A stretch of 56,600 nucleotides of DNA from Candidatus Nomurabacteria bacterium. GTDB lineage: Bacteria; Patescibacteriota; Minisyncoccia; Phycocordibacterales; UBA9973. Below are positions 45,450 to 54,123 of the stretch, piece by piece; within the stretch, counting starts at the first letter, position 1, and each line of letters opens with the position of its first letter. Made by a program: the position numbers and the translations under genes. Under the pieces are notes generated by a model. It saw only the letters and a list, made by a program, of their open reading frames with translations, was not told the DNA's origin and did no database searches. The stretch spans positions 1 through 56,600 of the forward strand of contig JAPLXV010000003.1 in NCBI GenBank assembly GCA_026395895.1. The letters run 5' to 3'.

Positions 45450-45620
45450 ATGTTTAATATATTTAAAGAAAAGTGTCCAGTTTGTAAAATGGAACTGGAA
45501 AAAGAAAAAGATTATCCTATGGAATCTGGTAAAAAGTTTTGTTCTGAGAATTGTAAAGAAGAATACGGAAAACAATCTGAAACACAGTCACATCATTCTA
45601 GTGGTGGCTGTTGTCATTAA
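45450..45620 (+). CDS. Unlisted 56 aa Cys-rich TRASH/YHS-like metal-binding protein
   Basis: ATG at 45450 gives MFNIFKEKCPVCKMELEKEKDYPMESGKKFCSENCKEEYGKQSETQSHHSSGGCCH, with stop TAA at 45618-45620. CxxC...FCSxxC is the TRASH pattern. Confidence 0.6.
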   Translation: MFNIFKEKCPVCKMELEKEKDYPMESGKKFCSENCKEEYGKQSETQSHHSSGGCCH

Positions 45621-45661
45621 AAGTTAAAAATATTATTAATTTTGCTTTAACAAAAAATTAT

Positions 45662-45862
45662 ATGAATCAAAATTTAGGAAAACTAGACAGAATTTTTAGG
45701 TTTATCTTGGGAATATTGTGGCTTAGCCCGATGGCTCCGCAATTTAATGCTCCTTGGGCAAATACACTTGTTTTTATTGTGGCCTTAATTGCGCTTGTCG
45801 AAAGTTTTCTTGGTTGGTGCGGACTTCACAGTTTCTTTAAGATAGATAATGAGAATCAGTAA
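45662..45862 (+). CDS. DUF2892 (YgaP-like) small membrane protein
   Basis: LGKLDRIFRFILGILWL...ALVESFLGWCGLHSFF. ATG at 45662 is preferred over the track start at 45611. Confidence 0.7.
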   Translation: MNQNLGKLDRIFRFILGILWLSPMAPQFNAPWANTLVFIVALIALVESFLGWCGLHSFFKIDNENQ

Positions 45863-46503
45863 TGGAAAACTCTTACGGCCTCTGGCCATTGGTCATTATA
45901 AATTCGCTGGTTTTTATTATCTTTGCTTTTAGTTTTACTAAACCAAAGACTTCTCGAGACTGGCGTTCATTTGGCGGATTCTCGGCATTTATTGTTGCTC
46001 TATTCACAGAGATGTATGGTTTTCCTCTGACGATTTATTTATTTTCTGGTTGGCTTTCTTCTAAATTTCCTAATGTTGATTTCTTTGCGCACAATTCAGG
46101 GCATCTTTTTGAAGATTTCTTCGGCTGGAGCGGTGATCCGCATTTCGGGCCATTCCATATTGCAAGCTATATTTTAATCATATATGGCTTCACACTTCTC
46201 TCTATGGCATGGAAGATTCTTTATAAAGCTCAAAGTGAACACACCTTAGCCATTACTGGATCTTATGCTTACATTCGTCATCCGCAATATATTGGTTTTA
46301 TGCTGATTATGTTTGGATTCTTCTTGCAATGGCCGACACTTCTTACGTTAGTCATGTTCCCGATTCTTGTATGGATGTACACACGACTTGCTAAAAGCGA
46401 GGAGAAAGATTCTCAAAAAGAATTTGGAGAATTGTGGAATGAGTATGCAGAAAAAACTCCAGCATTTATTCCCCAATGGAAAAAATTAACAGCTAATTCT
46501 TAA
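45862..46503 (+). CDS. Isoprenylcysteine carboxyl / phospholipid methyltransferase-family membrane protein
   Basis: LAITGSYAYIRHPQYIGFMLIMFGFFLQWPT...E...F; polytopic. Confidence 0.75.
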   Translation: MENSYGLWPLVIINSLVFIIFAFSFTKPKTSRDWRSFGGFSAFIVALFTEMYGFPLTIYLFSGWLSSKFPNVDFFAHNSGHLFEDFFGWSGDPHFGPFHIASYILIIYGFTLLSMAWKILYKAQSEHTLAITGSYAYIRHPQYIGFMLIMFGFFLQWPTLLTLVMFPILVWMYTRLAKSEEKDSQKEFGELWNEYAEKTPAFIPQWKKLTANS

Positions 46504-46508
46504 ATTAT

Positions 46509-46721
46509 ATGGAAAACAGAATTAAATCATTAATTAAAAAATTAAGCAGGCTTGGCTATCATGTTAGGCCAAAAAATAATACCAAAATAGATCCTGTGTG
46601 TGGAATGAAAGTATCAAGTGATTTGTTAAAGACTGATTATCAAGGAGAAAGTTATTTTTTCTGTGCAGAACATTGCAAAGAGCAGTTTGATAAGGATCCT
46701 GAAATCTATATCTTGAAATAG
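46509..46721 (+). CDS. YHS-domain metal-binding protein
   Basis: DPVCGMKV......YQGESYFFCAEHCKEQFDKDPEIY. Confidence 0.8.
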   Translation: MENRIKSLIKKLSRLGYHVRPKNNTKIDPVCGMKVSSDLLKTDYQGESYFFCAEHCKEQFDKDPEIYILK

Positions 46722-46723
46722 TT

Positions 46724-47164
46724 ATGATAAATAAAACAAAACCAATTTTATATGGAACATTGGCAAGCGCAATTCTGCTCGGAGTTTATTTTGCGGTGCT
46801 TACATTGGTTTCTGGGTGGAATTTTACCCTGAGTCAATTTACAGATTACTGGTATTTTGTTGTCAGTTTGGCTATAGGTTTCGGAATTCAAATTGCATTG
46901 TATCAATACATTAAAAATTTGGTACATAGCGGAAAAGGCATGGGAAAAGTAGTTGGAGTATCTGGGACTACCTCTACTGCAGCTATGATTTCTTGCTGTG
47001 CGCACTATTTAGTGAATCTAGTGCCTATCATAGGAGTGACGGGACTTGCAACATTCGCGGCGCAATATCAAGTAAAGTTGTTTTGGGTTGGAATTTTCTT
47101 TAATGTGGTCGGGATTGCGTACATGACAAGTAGAATTATTAAAATAAAAAAAGATTATGAATAA
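46724..47164 (+). CDS. Membrane protein with intramembrane CC motif, unknown function
   Basis: Four TM segments with TSTAAMISCCAHYL. Confidence 0.6.
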   Translation: MINKTKPILYGTLASAILLGVYFAVLTLVSGWNFTLSQFTDYWYFVVSLAIGFGIQIALYQYIKNLVHSGKGMGKVVGVSGTTSTAAMISCCAHYLVNLVPIIGVTGLATFAAQYQVKLFWVGIFFNVVGIAYMTSRIIKIKKDYE

Positions 47165-47627
47165 TAAAAATCTAATAATACTCACATTAATACTTGCTTT
47201 CTTGGGAGGATTTCTCTTTTTCTATCGTAGTAATTCTGCAAAACAAATAACTCCTATTTTCAATCAAGCGAATCAGCAAACAACTAATGCTAAACAAAGT
47301 TGGGAAACAAAAACCGATGAAAAAGAGAATGTAACAGTAATTATTACTCCCATAGATTTATCATCAGATTATAAAGAATGGAAATTTGATGTCATTATGA
47401 ACACCCATTCAGTTGAATTAGATCAAGATATGATAAAATCTGTGATTCTTGTGGATGATGCTGGAAAAGAATACAAACCAATAGCTTGGGATGGACAAGT
47501 TGGAGGACATCATAGAGAAGGTGTGTTAATATTTAATCAAGTAACACCAATGCCAAAATCTGTCGAATTAAAAATTTCTGGTATTGGGGAGATAGTTAGA
47601 AGTTTTACTTGGAAATTAAATAAATAA
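47157..47627 (+). CDS. Membrane-anchored or secreted protein, unknown function
   Basis: N-terminal TM or signal, then a beta-rich domain with GGHHREG. Confidence 0.6.
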   Translation: MNNKNLIILTLILAFLGGFLFFYRSNSAKQITPIFNQANQQTTNAKQSWETKTDEKENVTVIITPIDLSSDYKEWKFDVIMNTHSVELDQDMIKSVILVDDAGKEYKPIAWDGQVGGHHREGVLIFNQVTPMPKSVELKISGIGEIVRSFTWKLNK

Positions 47628-47628
47628 T

Positions 47629-48321
47629 ATGCAATATATCTGGTTAATTTGGAGCTTAATATTAGTTGTGATTTGGCTAGTTATTTATGTCTCTCTCGGT
47701 TCTAAAAAGGCCCAAAAAGAGATGCTGATAGTTAGTCTATGGACATCGCTTCTTGGTTTCACTGAGCCCCTTTTTGTTCCGTCATATTGGTCTCCGCCAT
47801 CTTTGTTTAATCTTGCTCTGCAAACAGGATTCGACATAGAAAGCTTGATTTTTTCTTTTGGTATCGGAGGTATTGCAATTATTTTATACAATAAAATTTT
47901 TCACAGGCAGGACATTTCTATGCCAATGAAAGATCATTATTCATCCAGGCATAAATTTCATATGTGGGCACTTATTTCCACGCCAATAATTCTTATCTTA
48001 CTCTTAATTACAACAAATTTAAATCCTTTACATTCAGCAATTATTGCTATGATCATCGGCGGACTAGCCACATGGTATTGCAGGCCAGATTTGAAGAAAA
48101 AAATGATCGTAAGCGCATTTATATTTTTTATTCTTTATTTTTTCTATTTCCTGACACTTATAGCAATTTCACCTGGTTATGTTGAGCAAGTTTGGAATCT
48201 TAAAGCCATTTCCGGGATTTTAATCATTGGAATTCCTCTTGAAGAACTATTGTTTGCTTTCAGTTTCGGTTTTTTGTGGTCGAGTGTGTATGAACATATT
48301 ACTTGGAAAAAATTAATATAA
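47629..48321 (+). CDS. Lycopene-cyclase-domain-like polytopic membrane protein
   Basis: 230 aa with ~7 TM segments. It shows a repeated pattern with PLEELLFAFSFG, as in lycopene cyclase domain proteins. Tentative. Confidence 0.55.
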   Translation: MQYIWLIWSLILVVIWLVIYVSLGSKKAQKEMLIVSLWTSLLGFTEPLFVPSYWSPPSLFNLALQTGFDIESLIFSFGIGGIAIILYNKIFHRQDISMPMKDHYSSRHKFHMWALISTPIILILLLITTNLNPLHSAIIAMIIGGLATWYCRPDLKKKMIVSAFIFFILYFFYFLTLIAISPGYVEQVWNLKAISGILIIGIPLEELLFAFSFGFLWSSVYEHITWKKLI

Positions 48322-48331
48322 ATATAAATTT

Positions 48332-48496
48332 ATGGATCCTAAAAACGATAATTATGAAACCAACGAAAAATTATTCCAATGTCCCGAGTGCGGTTTGTAT
48401 TACAAAGAAAGTGAATGGGCGGAAAAATGCGAAGTATGGTGCAAAGAACACAAAAGTTGCAACCTTGAAATTATAAGTCATTCGGTCATGTTATAA
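48332..48496 (+). CDS. Unlisted 54 aa Cys-rich protein upstream of copA
   Basis: MDPKNDNYETNEKLFQCPECGLYYKESEWAEKCEVWCKEHKSCNLEIISHSVML then stop (TAA 48494-48496). Confidence 0.5.
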   Translation: MDPKNDNYETNEKLFQCPECGLYYKESEWAEKCEVWCKEHKSCNLEIISHSVML

Positions 48497-48524
48497 TATA
48501 TAAATTAAAATAAATAAAAAAAAG

Positions 48525-51080
48525 ATGAAAAAAGAAACATATAAAATTCAGGGAATGCATTGTGCGAGTTGTGTCGCTACGATTGAAAAAGTACTTTCAA
48601 AGACGAATGGGATACATTCTGCTTCTGTTAATTATGCGACCGAGTCGGCCTTGATTGAATTTGATGAAAATATTATTTCTGAATCGGGTCTTGAGAAAGT
48701 GGTAGATGAAGTAGGATATCATCTCGTTATTTCAAATAGTGCTAGAATTAATTCTCCTAAAAAAGATGAGATAATTTCTAGCGGGAATGTTAAAACAATC
48801 TCAATAAAGGTAATGGGTATGGATTCTCCTCATTGCGCTATGATAGTAGAAGGAGCGATCAAAAAATTATCTGGTGTAAAAAATACTGATGTTGATTTTT
48901 CAAATAGCCGTGCAAAAGTTGTTTTTGATTCATCTCTAGTAAATGTTGATGATATTTTTAAGGTTATAATTGATTCAGGTTATAAGCCAATGAAAGAAGA
49001 AGGCGAGGCGGAAGATATTTTAGATAAAGAAAAAATCGAAAGAGAAAAACAATTAAAAACATTAAAAACCAAACTCATTATCGGAGGTATTCTTTCCGTT
49101 TTTATATTTTTAGGCAGTTTTCCTGAATGGTTTTCTTTTGTTCCTAAAATTTTAAATAATAATTGGGTGCTTCTTTTATTGACAACACCGGTGCAATTTT
49201 GGGTTGGTTGGCAGTTCTATAGCGGTCTTAAACTTCTTATAAAATACCGTACGGCTGATATGAATACCCTGATTGCCATTGGAACACTGGCAGCCTTCTT
49301 TTATAGCGTCTCCGTTACGCTGTTTCCGGATTTCTTTGCCAAAGGAGGAATCGTACCGAAAATATATTTTGACACTTCGGCAATTATTATTGTCTTAATT
49401 CTTCTGGGAAAATATTTTGAGGTTTTAATGAAAGGAAGAGCTTCAGAAGCTATTAAAAAACTCATAGGATTGCAACCAAAAACTGCAAAGATTTTAAAAG
49501 ATGGAAAAGAATTTGAAATATCTATATCAGAAGTACAAGTAGGAGATTTGATAATTGTTCGACCGGGAGAAAGAATTCCAGTTGATGGAAAAATAATTGA
49601 AGGGGATTCAGAAATTGATGAATCAATGATTACTGGTGAGTCTATGCCAGTTCATAAAAAAATTGATAGCTTAGTTATTGGTAGCACTATAAATAAATTC
49701 GGCACTTTTACTTTTAAAGCAACAAAGGTTGGCAAGGACACTATGCTTTCACAAATTATTAAGATGGTAGAAGAAGCCCAGGGTTCTAAAGCTCCTATAC
49801 AGCGTTTGGCTGATTTAGTTTCTTCTTATTTTGTTCCGGCAGTATTTATTATAGCTGTTTTAACCTTTGTTGTTTGGCTTTTTTGGGGACCAAGTCCCGC
49901 TTTTACCTTTGCGCTTGTAAATTTTGTGGCAGTTTTAATAATTGCTTGTCCCTGCGCTCTTGGGCTAGCGACTCCTATGGCTATTATGGTTTCTTCAGGT
50001 AGCGCCGCTTCTCGAGGAATCTTAATCAAAGATGCTACCTCTTTAGAAACGGCTAATAAAATAAATACAGTAGTCTTAGATAAGACAGGTACTCTTACAG
50101 AAGGAAAACCACAGTTGACAGATATTATTGCTTTTAATAAAGAACATAGAACAGAGATTCTTAATTTAGCTGCTTCTTTAGAACAGCGTTCAGAACATCC
50201 TTTAGCTCAAGCCATATTGCAATATGCTGCAAGTCTTGACCAAAAGTCTTCACATCCCCTTGATAAAGCAATATTAGATGAAGTAAAAAAAGAAAAACTT
50301 GAACTTTATAAATTAGAAGAATTTAAAGCTATTTCTGGTAAAGGATTGCGAGGTTTTTTACAAATCCAGAATCAGAGAGTTGAAGCATATTTAGGGAATC
50401 GAGCTTTAGTGTTAGATATGGGTCTTGATATAAATCCTTTTGAAACAGATATTAGTAAACTTGAAAATGAAGGCAAGACGGTAATGATTCTTATGGTTGA
50501 TAAAAAATTAAAAGGCGCACTTGCTGTTGCAGATGTATTAAAAAAAGAATCAAAAGAAGCAATACAAGAACTCAAAAAAAATGGCATAGAAGTTTGGATG
50601 CTTACAGGAGACAATGATCGTACCGCTAGAGCTATAGCATCTCAAGTAGGTATAGATAATGTAATGAGTGAAGTATTACCTGATAAGAAATCAGAGAAAG
50701 TCCGTGAACTCCAAGAACAAGGGAAAATTGTGGCAATGATTGGTGATGGTATAAATGATGCTCCAGCTCTGACTCAAGCCAATATTGGTATCGCTATGGG
50801 AGAAGGCACAGATATCGCGATGGAATCAGCAAATATTACTTTAATGAGAGGGGACTTGATGCTTATTTTTGAGGTGATAAAAATCTCAAAGAGAACAATG
50901 AGAATAATAAAACAAAATCTTTTTTGGGCATTTTTCTATAACATTGCTTTTATCCCGGTTGCTGCCGGCCTTCTTTTTCCATTTTTTGGAATTCTTCTTA
51001 ATCCAATTTTTGCCGCAGTGGCAATGGCTTCCAGTAGTATTAGCGTTGTTCTGAATTCTTTAAGATTAAAAAAAATATAA
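48525..51080 (+). CDS. copA: Copper-translocating P1B-type ATPase
   Basis: N-terminal HMA (GMHCASCV) plus a second, degenerate HMA (GMDSPHCAM). CPC motif (IACPCALGLATP), DKTGTLT, SEHPLA, GDGINDAP. Confidence 0.95.
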   Translation: MKKETYKIQGMHCASCVATIEKVLSKTNGIHSASVNYATESALIEFDENIISESGLEKVVDEVGYHLVISNSARINSPKKDEIISSGNVKTISIKVMGMDSPHCAMIVEGAIKKLSGVKNTDVDFSNSRAKVVFDSSLVNVDDIFKVIIDSGYKPMKEEGEAEDILDKEKIEREKQLKTLKTKLIIGGILSVFIFLGSFPEWFSFVPKILNNNWVLLLLTTPVQFWVGWQFYSGLKLLIKYRTADMNTLIAIGTLAAFFYSVSVTLFPDFFAKGGIVPKIYFDTSAIIIVLILLGKYFEVLMKGRASEAIKKLIGLQPKTAKILKDGKEFEISISEVQVGDLIIVRPGERIPVDGKIIEGDSEIDESMITGESMPVHKKIDSLVIGSTINKFGTFTFKATKVGKDTMLSQIIKMVEEAQGSKAPIQRLADLVSSYFVPAVFIIAVLTFVVWLFWGPSPAFTFALVNFVAVLIIACPCALGLATPMAIMVSSGSAASRGILIKDATSLETANKINTVVLDKTGTLTEGKPQLTDIIAFNKEHRTEILNLAASLEQRSEHPLAQAILQYAASLDQKSSHPLDKAILDEVKKEKLELYKLEEFKAISGKGLRGFLQIQNQRVEAYLGNRALVLDMGLDINPFETDISKLENEGKTVMILMVDKKLKGALAVADVLKKESKEAIQELKKNGIEVWMLTGDNDRTARAIASQVGIDNVMSEVLPDKKSEKVRELQEQGKIVAMIGDGINDAPALTQANIGIAMGEGTDIAMESANITLMRGDLMLIFEVIKISKRTMRIIKQNLFWAFFYNIAFIPVAAGLLFPFFGILLNPIFAAVAMASSSISVVLNSLRLKKI

Positions 51081-51097
51081 ATTATTAAAAAACATTT

Positions 51098-52171
51098 ATG
51101 CAAAAAACATACACATTTCATGTAAACGGTATGCACTGTAACGCGTGTGTAGTATTAACCGAAAGCGAACTTTCTGAAGTGTCTGGGATTTCTGGTGTTA
51201 AAGCATCACTGAATGATTTTAGTGTTGAGGTAACAGGGGATTTTTCCGCCAGAGGCGGATCCGCCTCTGGCGGAGGAGATACACCAGAAGCTGTGGCTGA
51301 ATATTTATCTACAGTATTAAAACCACATGGTTATACGCTTTCGCTTCAAAAGGAAGAACATTTGGTTAAATGGTCTGATTTTCGCATTGCTTTGCCGATT
51401 GCCGTCGGTTTTGTTTTTGTGTTTTTTATTTTACAAAAACTTGGCATTGTAAATTTAATAAATGTGTCAAAAGTCAATTATGGAACTGCTTTTATTATTG
51501 GTCTTGTTGCTTCTGTTTCTACATGTATGGCGGTAGTTGGTGGTTTGGTTCTTTCTATGTCGGCAAATTTTGCTAAAGAAAACGACCCTTCGATTTCTCT
51601 CAGGGCAAGCAATATGCGACCGCAAATTTTATTTCATATTGGCCGGCTCGCATCGTTTTTTATTCTTGGTGGAGTAATCGGGGCACTTGGTTCGACATTT
51701 CAACTTGGGACAATTGGCACCTTTATTCTTAGTTTTATTGTGGCAATTGTTCTACTTATTCTCGGTATTAATCTTTTAGATGTTTTTCCTTGGGCAAAAA
51801 AACTTCAACCAACTATTCCAAGTTTTATTGGTAAACGTGTTCATGGTCTAAAAAATATTAATCATACCCTTACTCCTCTTTTGGTTGGTGTTGCCACTTT
51901 CTTTTTGCCTTGCGGTTTTACTCAATCAATGCAAATATATACTTTAACTACTGGAAGTTTTTTGACTGGATCTTTAATCATGTTTTCATTTGCTCTTGGA
52001 ACACTTCCAGTATTATCACTTTTAAGTTTTAGTTCATTGGGGATACATAAAAAAGCGCAGTCCGGAATTTTTTTCAAAACAGCTGGTCTTATTGTGATAT
52101 TTTTTGGAATCTTTAATCTAATCAATGCTTTGGTCGGCGCTGGAATTATTCCTCCAATTTTTAATTTTTAA
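51098..52171 (+). CDS. HMA domain fused to a DsbD_2/TauE-like permease
   Basis: N-terminal NGMHCNACV. The membrane domain has VSTCMAVVGG and FFLPCGFTQSMQIY. Confidence 0.8.
   Translation: MQKTYTFHVNGMHCNACVVLTESELSEVSGISGVKASLNDFSVEVTGDFSARGGSASGGGDTPEAVAEYLSTVLKPHGYTLSLQKEEHLVKWSDFRIALPIAVGFVFVFFILQKLGIVNLINVSKVNYGTAFIIGLVASVSTCMAVVGGLVLSMSANFAKENDPSISLRASNMRPQILFHIGRLASFFILGGVIGALGSTFQLGTIGTFILSFIVAIVLLILGINLLDVFPWAKKLQPTIPSFIGKRVHGLKNINHTLTPLLVGVATFFLPCGFTQSMQIYTLTTGSFLTGSLIMFSFALGTLPVLSLLSFSSLGIHKKAQSGIFFKTAGLIVIFFGIFNLINALVGAGIIPPIFNF
51245..51274 (+). repeat. Perfect 30 nt palindrome in frame in the HMA domain (family 2)
   Basis: TCCGCC-AGA-GGCGGA, then TCCGCC-TCT-GGCGGA. Codon-aligned; encodes SARGGSASGG. 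Confidence 0.85.
51584..51610 (+). repeat. Family 4 GC-rich module in frame in the permease domain
   Basis: GACCCTTCGATTTCTCTCAGGGCAAGC encodes DPSISLRAS. It is related to 36223-36248 in dnaG. Confidence 0.6.
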
Positions 52172-52175
52172 TTCA

Positions 52176-52568
52176 ATGAAAACGAACAATGCAATTTATA
52201 TATCAATAATTATTGTTCTACTCTTAATATGGGGAGCAATTTTTTTGTCTGGAAATAATAAAAATTCAGATGGCAATGTCAATAATGTGAGTATTGTAGA
52301 TGGCAAACAAATTATCGAAATCAACGCTAAGGGTGGATATGCTCCCAGAATAACAACTGCCAAAGCAGATATTCCAACAGTCATAAAAATGAAAACGAAC
52401 GGCAGTTTTGACTGTTCGTCCGCTTTAGTCATCCCCAGTTTAAATTATCGTAACAACCTTCCGCTGTCTGGTGAAACCTTGATTGATGTGCCTGCCCAAA
52501 AATCTGGCACAAAATTGCAAGGCTTATGCGCCATGGGGATGTATAGTTTTACAGTAGAATTTAACTAA
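52176..52568 (+). CDS. Cupredoxin-like domain protein (membrane-anchored)
   Basis: ATG at 52176. N-terminal TM, then IEINAKGGYAPRIT....FDCSSALVIPSL...GLCAMGMYSFTVEF. Confidence 0.7.
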   Translation: MKTNNAIYISIIIVLLLIWGAIFLSGNNKNSDGNVNNVSIVDGKQIIEINAKGGYAPRITTAKADIPTVIKMKTNGSFDCSSALVIPSLNYRNNLPLSGETLIDVPAQKSGTKLQGLCAMGMYSFTVEFN

Positions 52569-52571
52569 TTG

Positions 52572-52605
52572 AGCCGCCTCTCAGATTCGAACTGAGGACC
52601 TTCGC
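52572..52605 (-). other. Orphan tRNA 3' fragment (T arm plus 3' acceptor strand); candidate relic att site
   Basis: Reverse strand reads GCGAA GGTC CTCAG-TTCGAAT-CTGAG AGGCGGC T. No matching 5' acceptor strand (GCCGCCT), D arm or anticodon arm lies upstream. Confidence 0.65.
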
Positions 52606-52635
52606 TTTAATATAAACAAACCCATAAAAGTAGAT

Positions 52636-53024
52636 TTAATTTTCAGATGGTATGTTTTTTTTCAAAATGGGAAAGATATAAGGATAATAAAAATTTATTA
52701 GGTTATCAATCAAATCTGTGTCTTTTTTTGAAAATCCTTCCTTTTCTAACTCGTTAATAGTACCTGCATAATTATATTGGAGAGAATCAATGGCATTACT
52801 AATACCTAAAGTTTTAAAGTAGTCTTTTTGGGTAAAATTTCTAGAAGTTTAAATAATCTTGCTAATTGTATAAATGCTTTGGGACAATTCCAAAAGTATT
52901 TGCTCAAAAATTCTTTTATTTTTTCATTTTTTATGTTAAAAAAGTTAACAAAATTGTCGGGAATCGGATCTCTAATTTCTTTTAGAGTTATATTTGGTTG
53001 TTGTGAAATTTGATCAAAATTCAT
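52636..53024 (-). pseudogene. Hypothetical gene split by a 1 nt frame change at an A5 run (indel, sequencing error or -1 frameshift)
   Basis: The ORF at 52806-53024 stops 8 codons after CCC AAA AAG. The -1 frame then stays open for 64 more codons (QKDYFKTLGISNAIDSLQYNYAGT...) down to the TAA at 52636-52638 and has no start codon of its own. Confidence 0.4.
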
Positions 53025-53041
53025 AAAAAAGTAAATATAGT

Positions 53042-54049
53042 TTATATTTTAATGAATTTTTTTGCGTATATTTTTGTTTTTGCAGAAAAAGTGTTATTAT
53101 CATCATTATCAAGTACTATTTCAGCAGAAGCACCAGCGTGATCAATTTTGTTTTTCAATGGGTATTTTATCCCCGCAGTATCAAGTAAGATTTGTAATTT
53201 TGTAATATCTCCATCAGTCCAAAGAGTGATATTTTTTCCTTGTGCTTCAAATTTTTTGAGTATATCAAGAGTTTTTGTATTTAATTCTTCGCCGTTAAAC
53301 AAAGTACCCTCAATATCACAATACACTCCTTCAATATTTTTTCCCTTCATAACTTCTGGAACATTTTGTCGTATTGCAAACAAAAACTCAACAATTTCTT
53401 TATCAGTTTTATCAATCAAAGCGGGAAAATATTCTTTAGCTTCTATAATTGTTCGAGCAAGTCTGCTTGGATCTGCTTGCGAGATATCTTCCGCTGATCT
53501 GACATTACTAATTGCATGCAATAATACTGATACTTCATGACTAATTTCCTTATCTTGAATTTCTTGTAATTTGTCTCCCACAATATATTTATTCATACCA
53601 CTATTCAATATATTAATTGCATCTTTGGTAGCAAAAGGTAATCGTGTAAATTTTACATTTTCTTTAGCAAGCAAAAGATCAATTTTAGGTTTTATTTTTC
53701 GGATTGCATCCAAATTAGAAAAACCATATAGTAAAATTTTTCTTTCATTATTCTGGTTTATTAAATTTTCTACTAAATCAACATTATCGAAACCCTGTCT
53801 TTGTTTGTTAGCTATTTTGGCTTCAATATTTACAAAAGTAGAATTATTTAAACCAGTGAGGTCAATGCTCATTAAATCTTTTTTAAAAGAGTCAATAAAT
53901 TCTTGATTATCATCATAAAAAGAAAAACTTTTGAGAATTTCTAAATTTTCCGCATATTTTTCAGGGTTTTCCTTTTCTATTAGATGTGAAACTTTAATGT
54001 CTTTTTTTTCACCGGAATAAGATTCTGGATTTATATTTATTTGTTCCAT
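53042..54049 (-). CDS. Hypothetical protein with possible C-terminal HAD-like domain
   Basis: 335 aa. The C-terminus has VYCDIEGTLF (DxDxT-like) and NITLWTDGD. The N-terminal two thirds are unrecognised. Confidence 0.6.
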   Translation of the reverse strand: MEQININPESYSGEKKDIKVSHLIEKENPEKYAENLEILKSFSFYDDNQEFIDSFKKDLMSIDLTGLNNSTFVNIEAKIANKQRQGFDNVDLVENLINQNNERKILLYGFSNLDAIRKIKPKIDLLLAKENVKFTRLPFATKDAINILNSGMNKYIVGDKLQEIQDKEISHEVSVLLHAISNVRSAEDISQADPSRLARTIIEAKEYFPALIDKTDKEIVEFLFAIRQNVPEVMKGKNIEGVYCDIEGTLFNGEELNTKTLDILKKFEAQGKNITLWTDGDITKLQILLDTAGIKYPLKNKIDHAGASAEIVLDNDDNNTFSAKTKIYAKKFIKI

Positions 54050-54123
54050 ATATTTATTTTTTATTATTTAATAATGTATTTTGCCTTTTTAACTTTGGTG
54101 ACTATATTTTATATATTAACATT

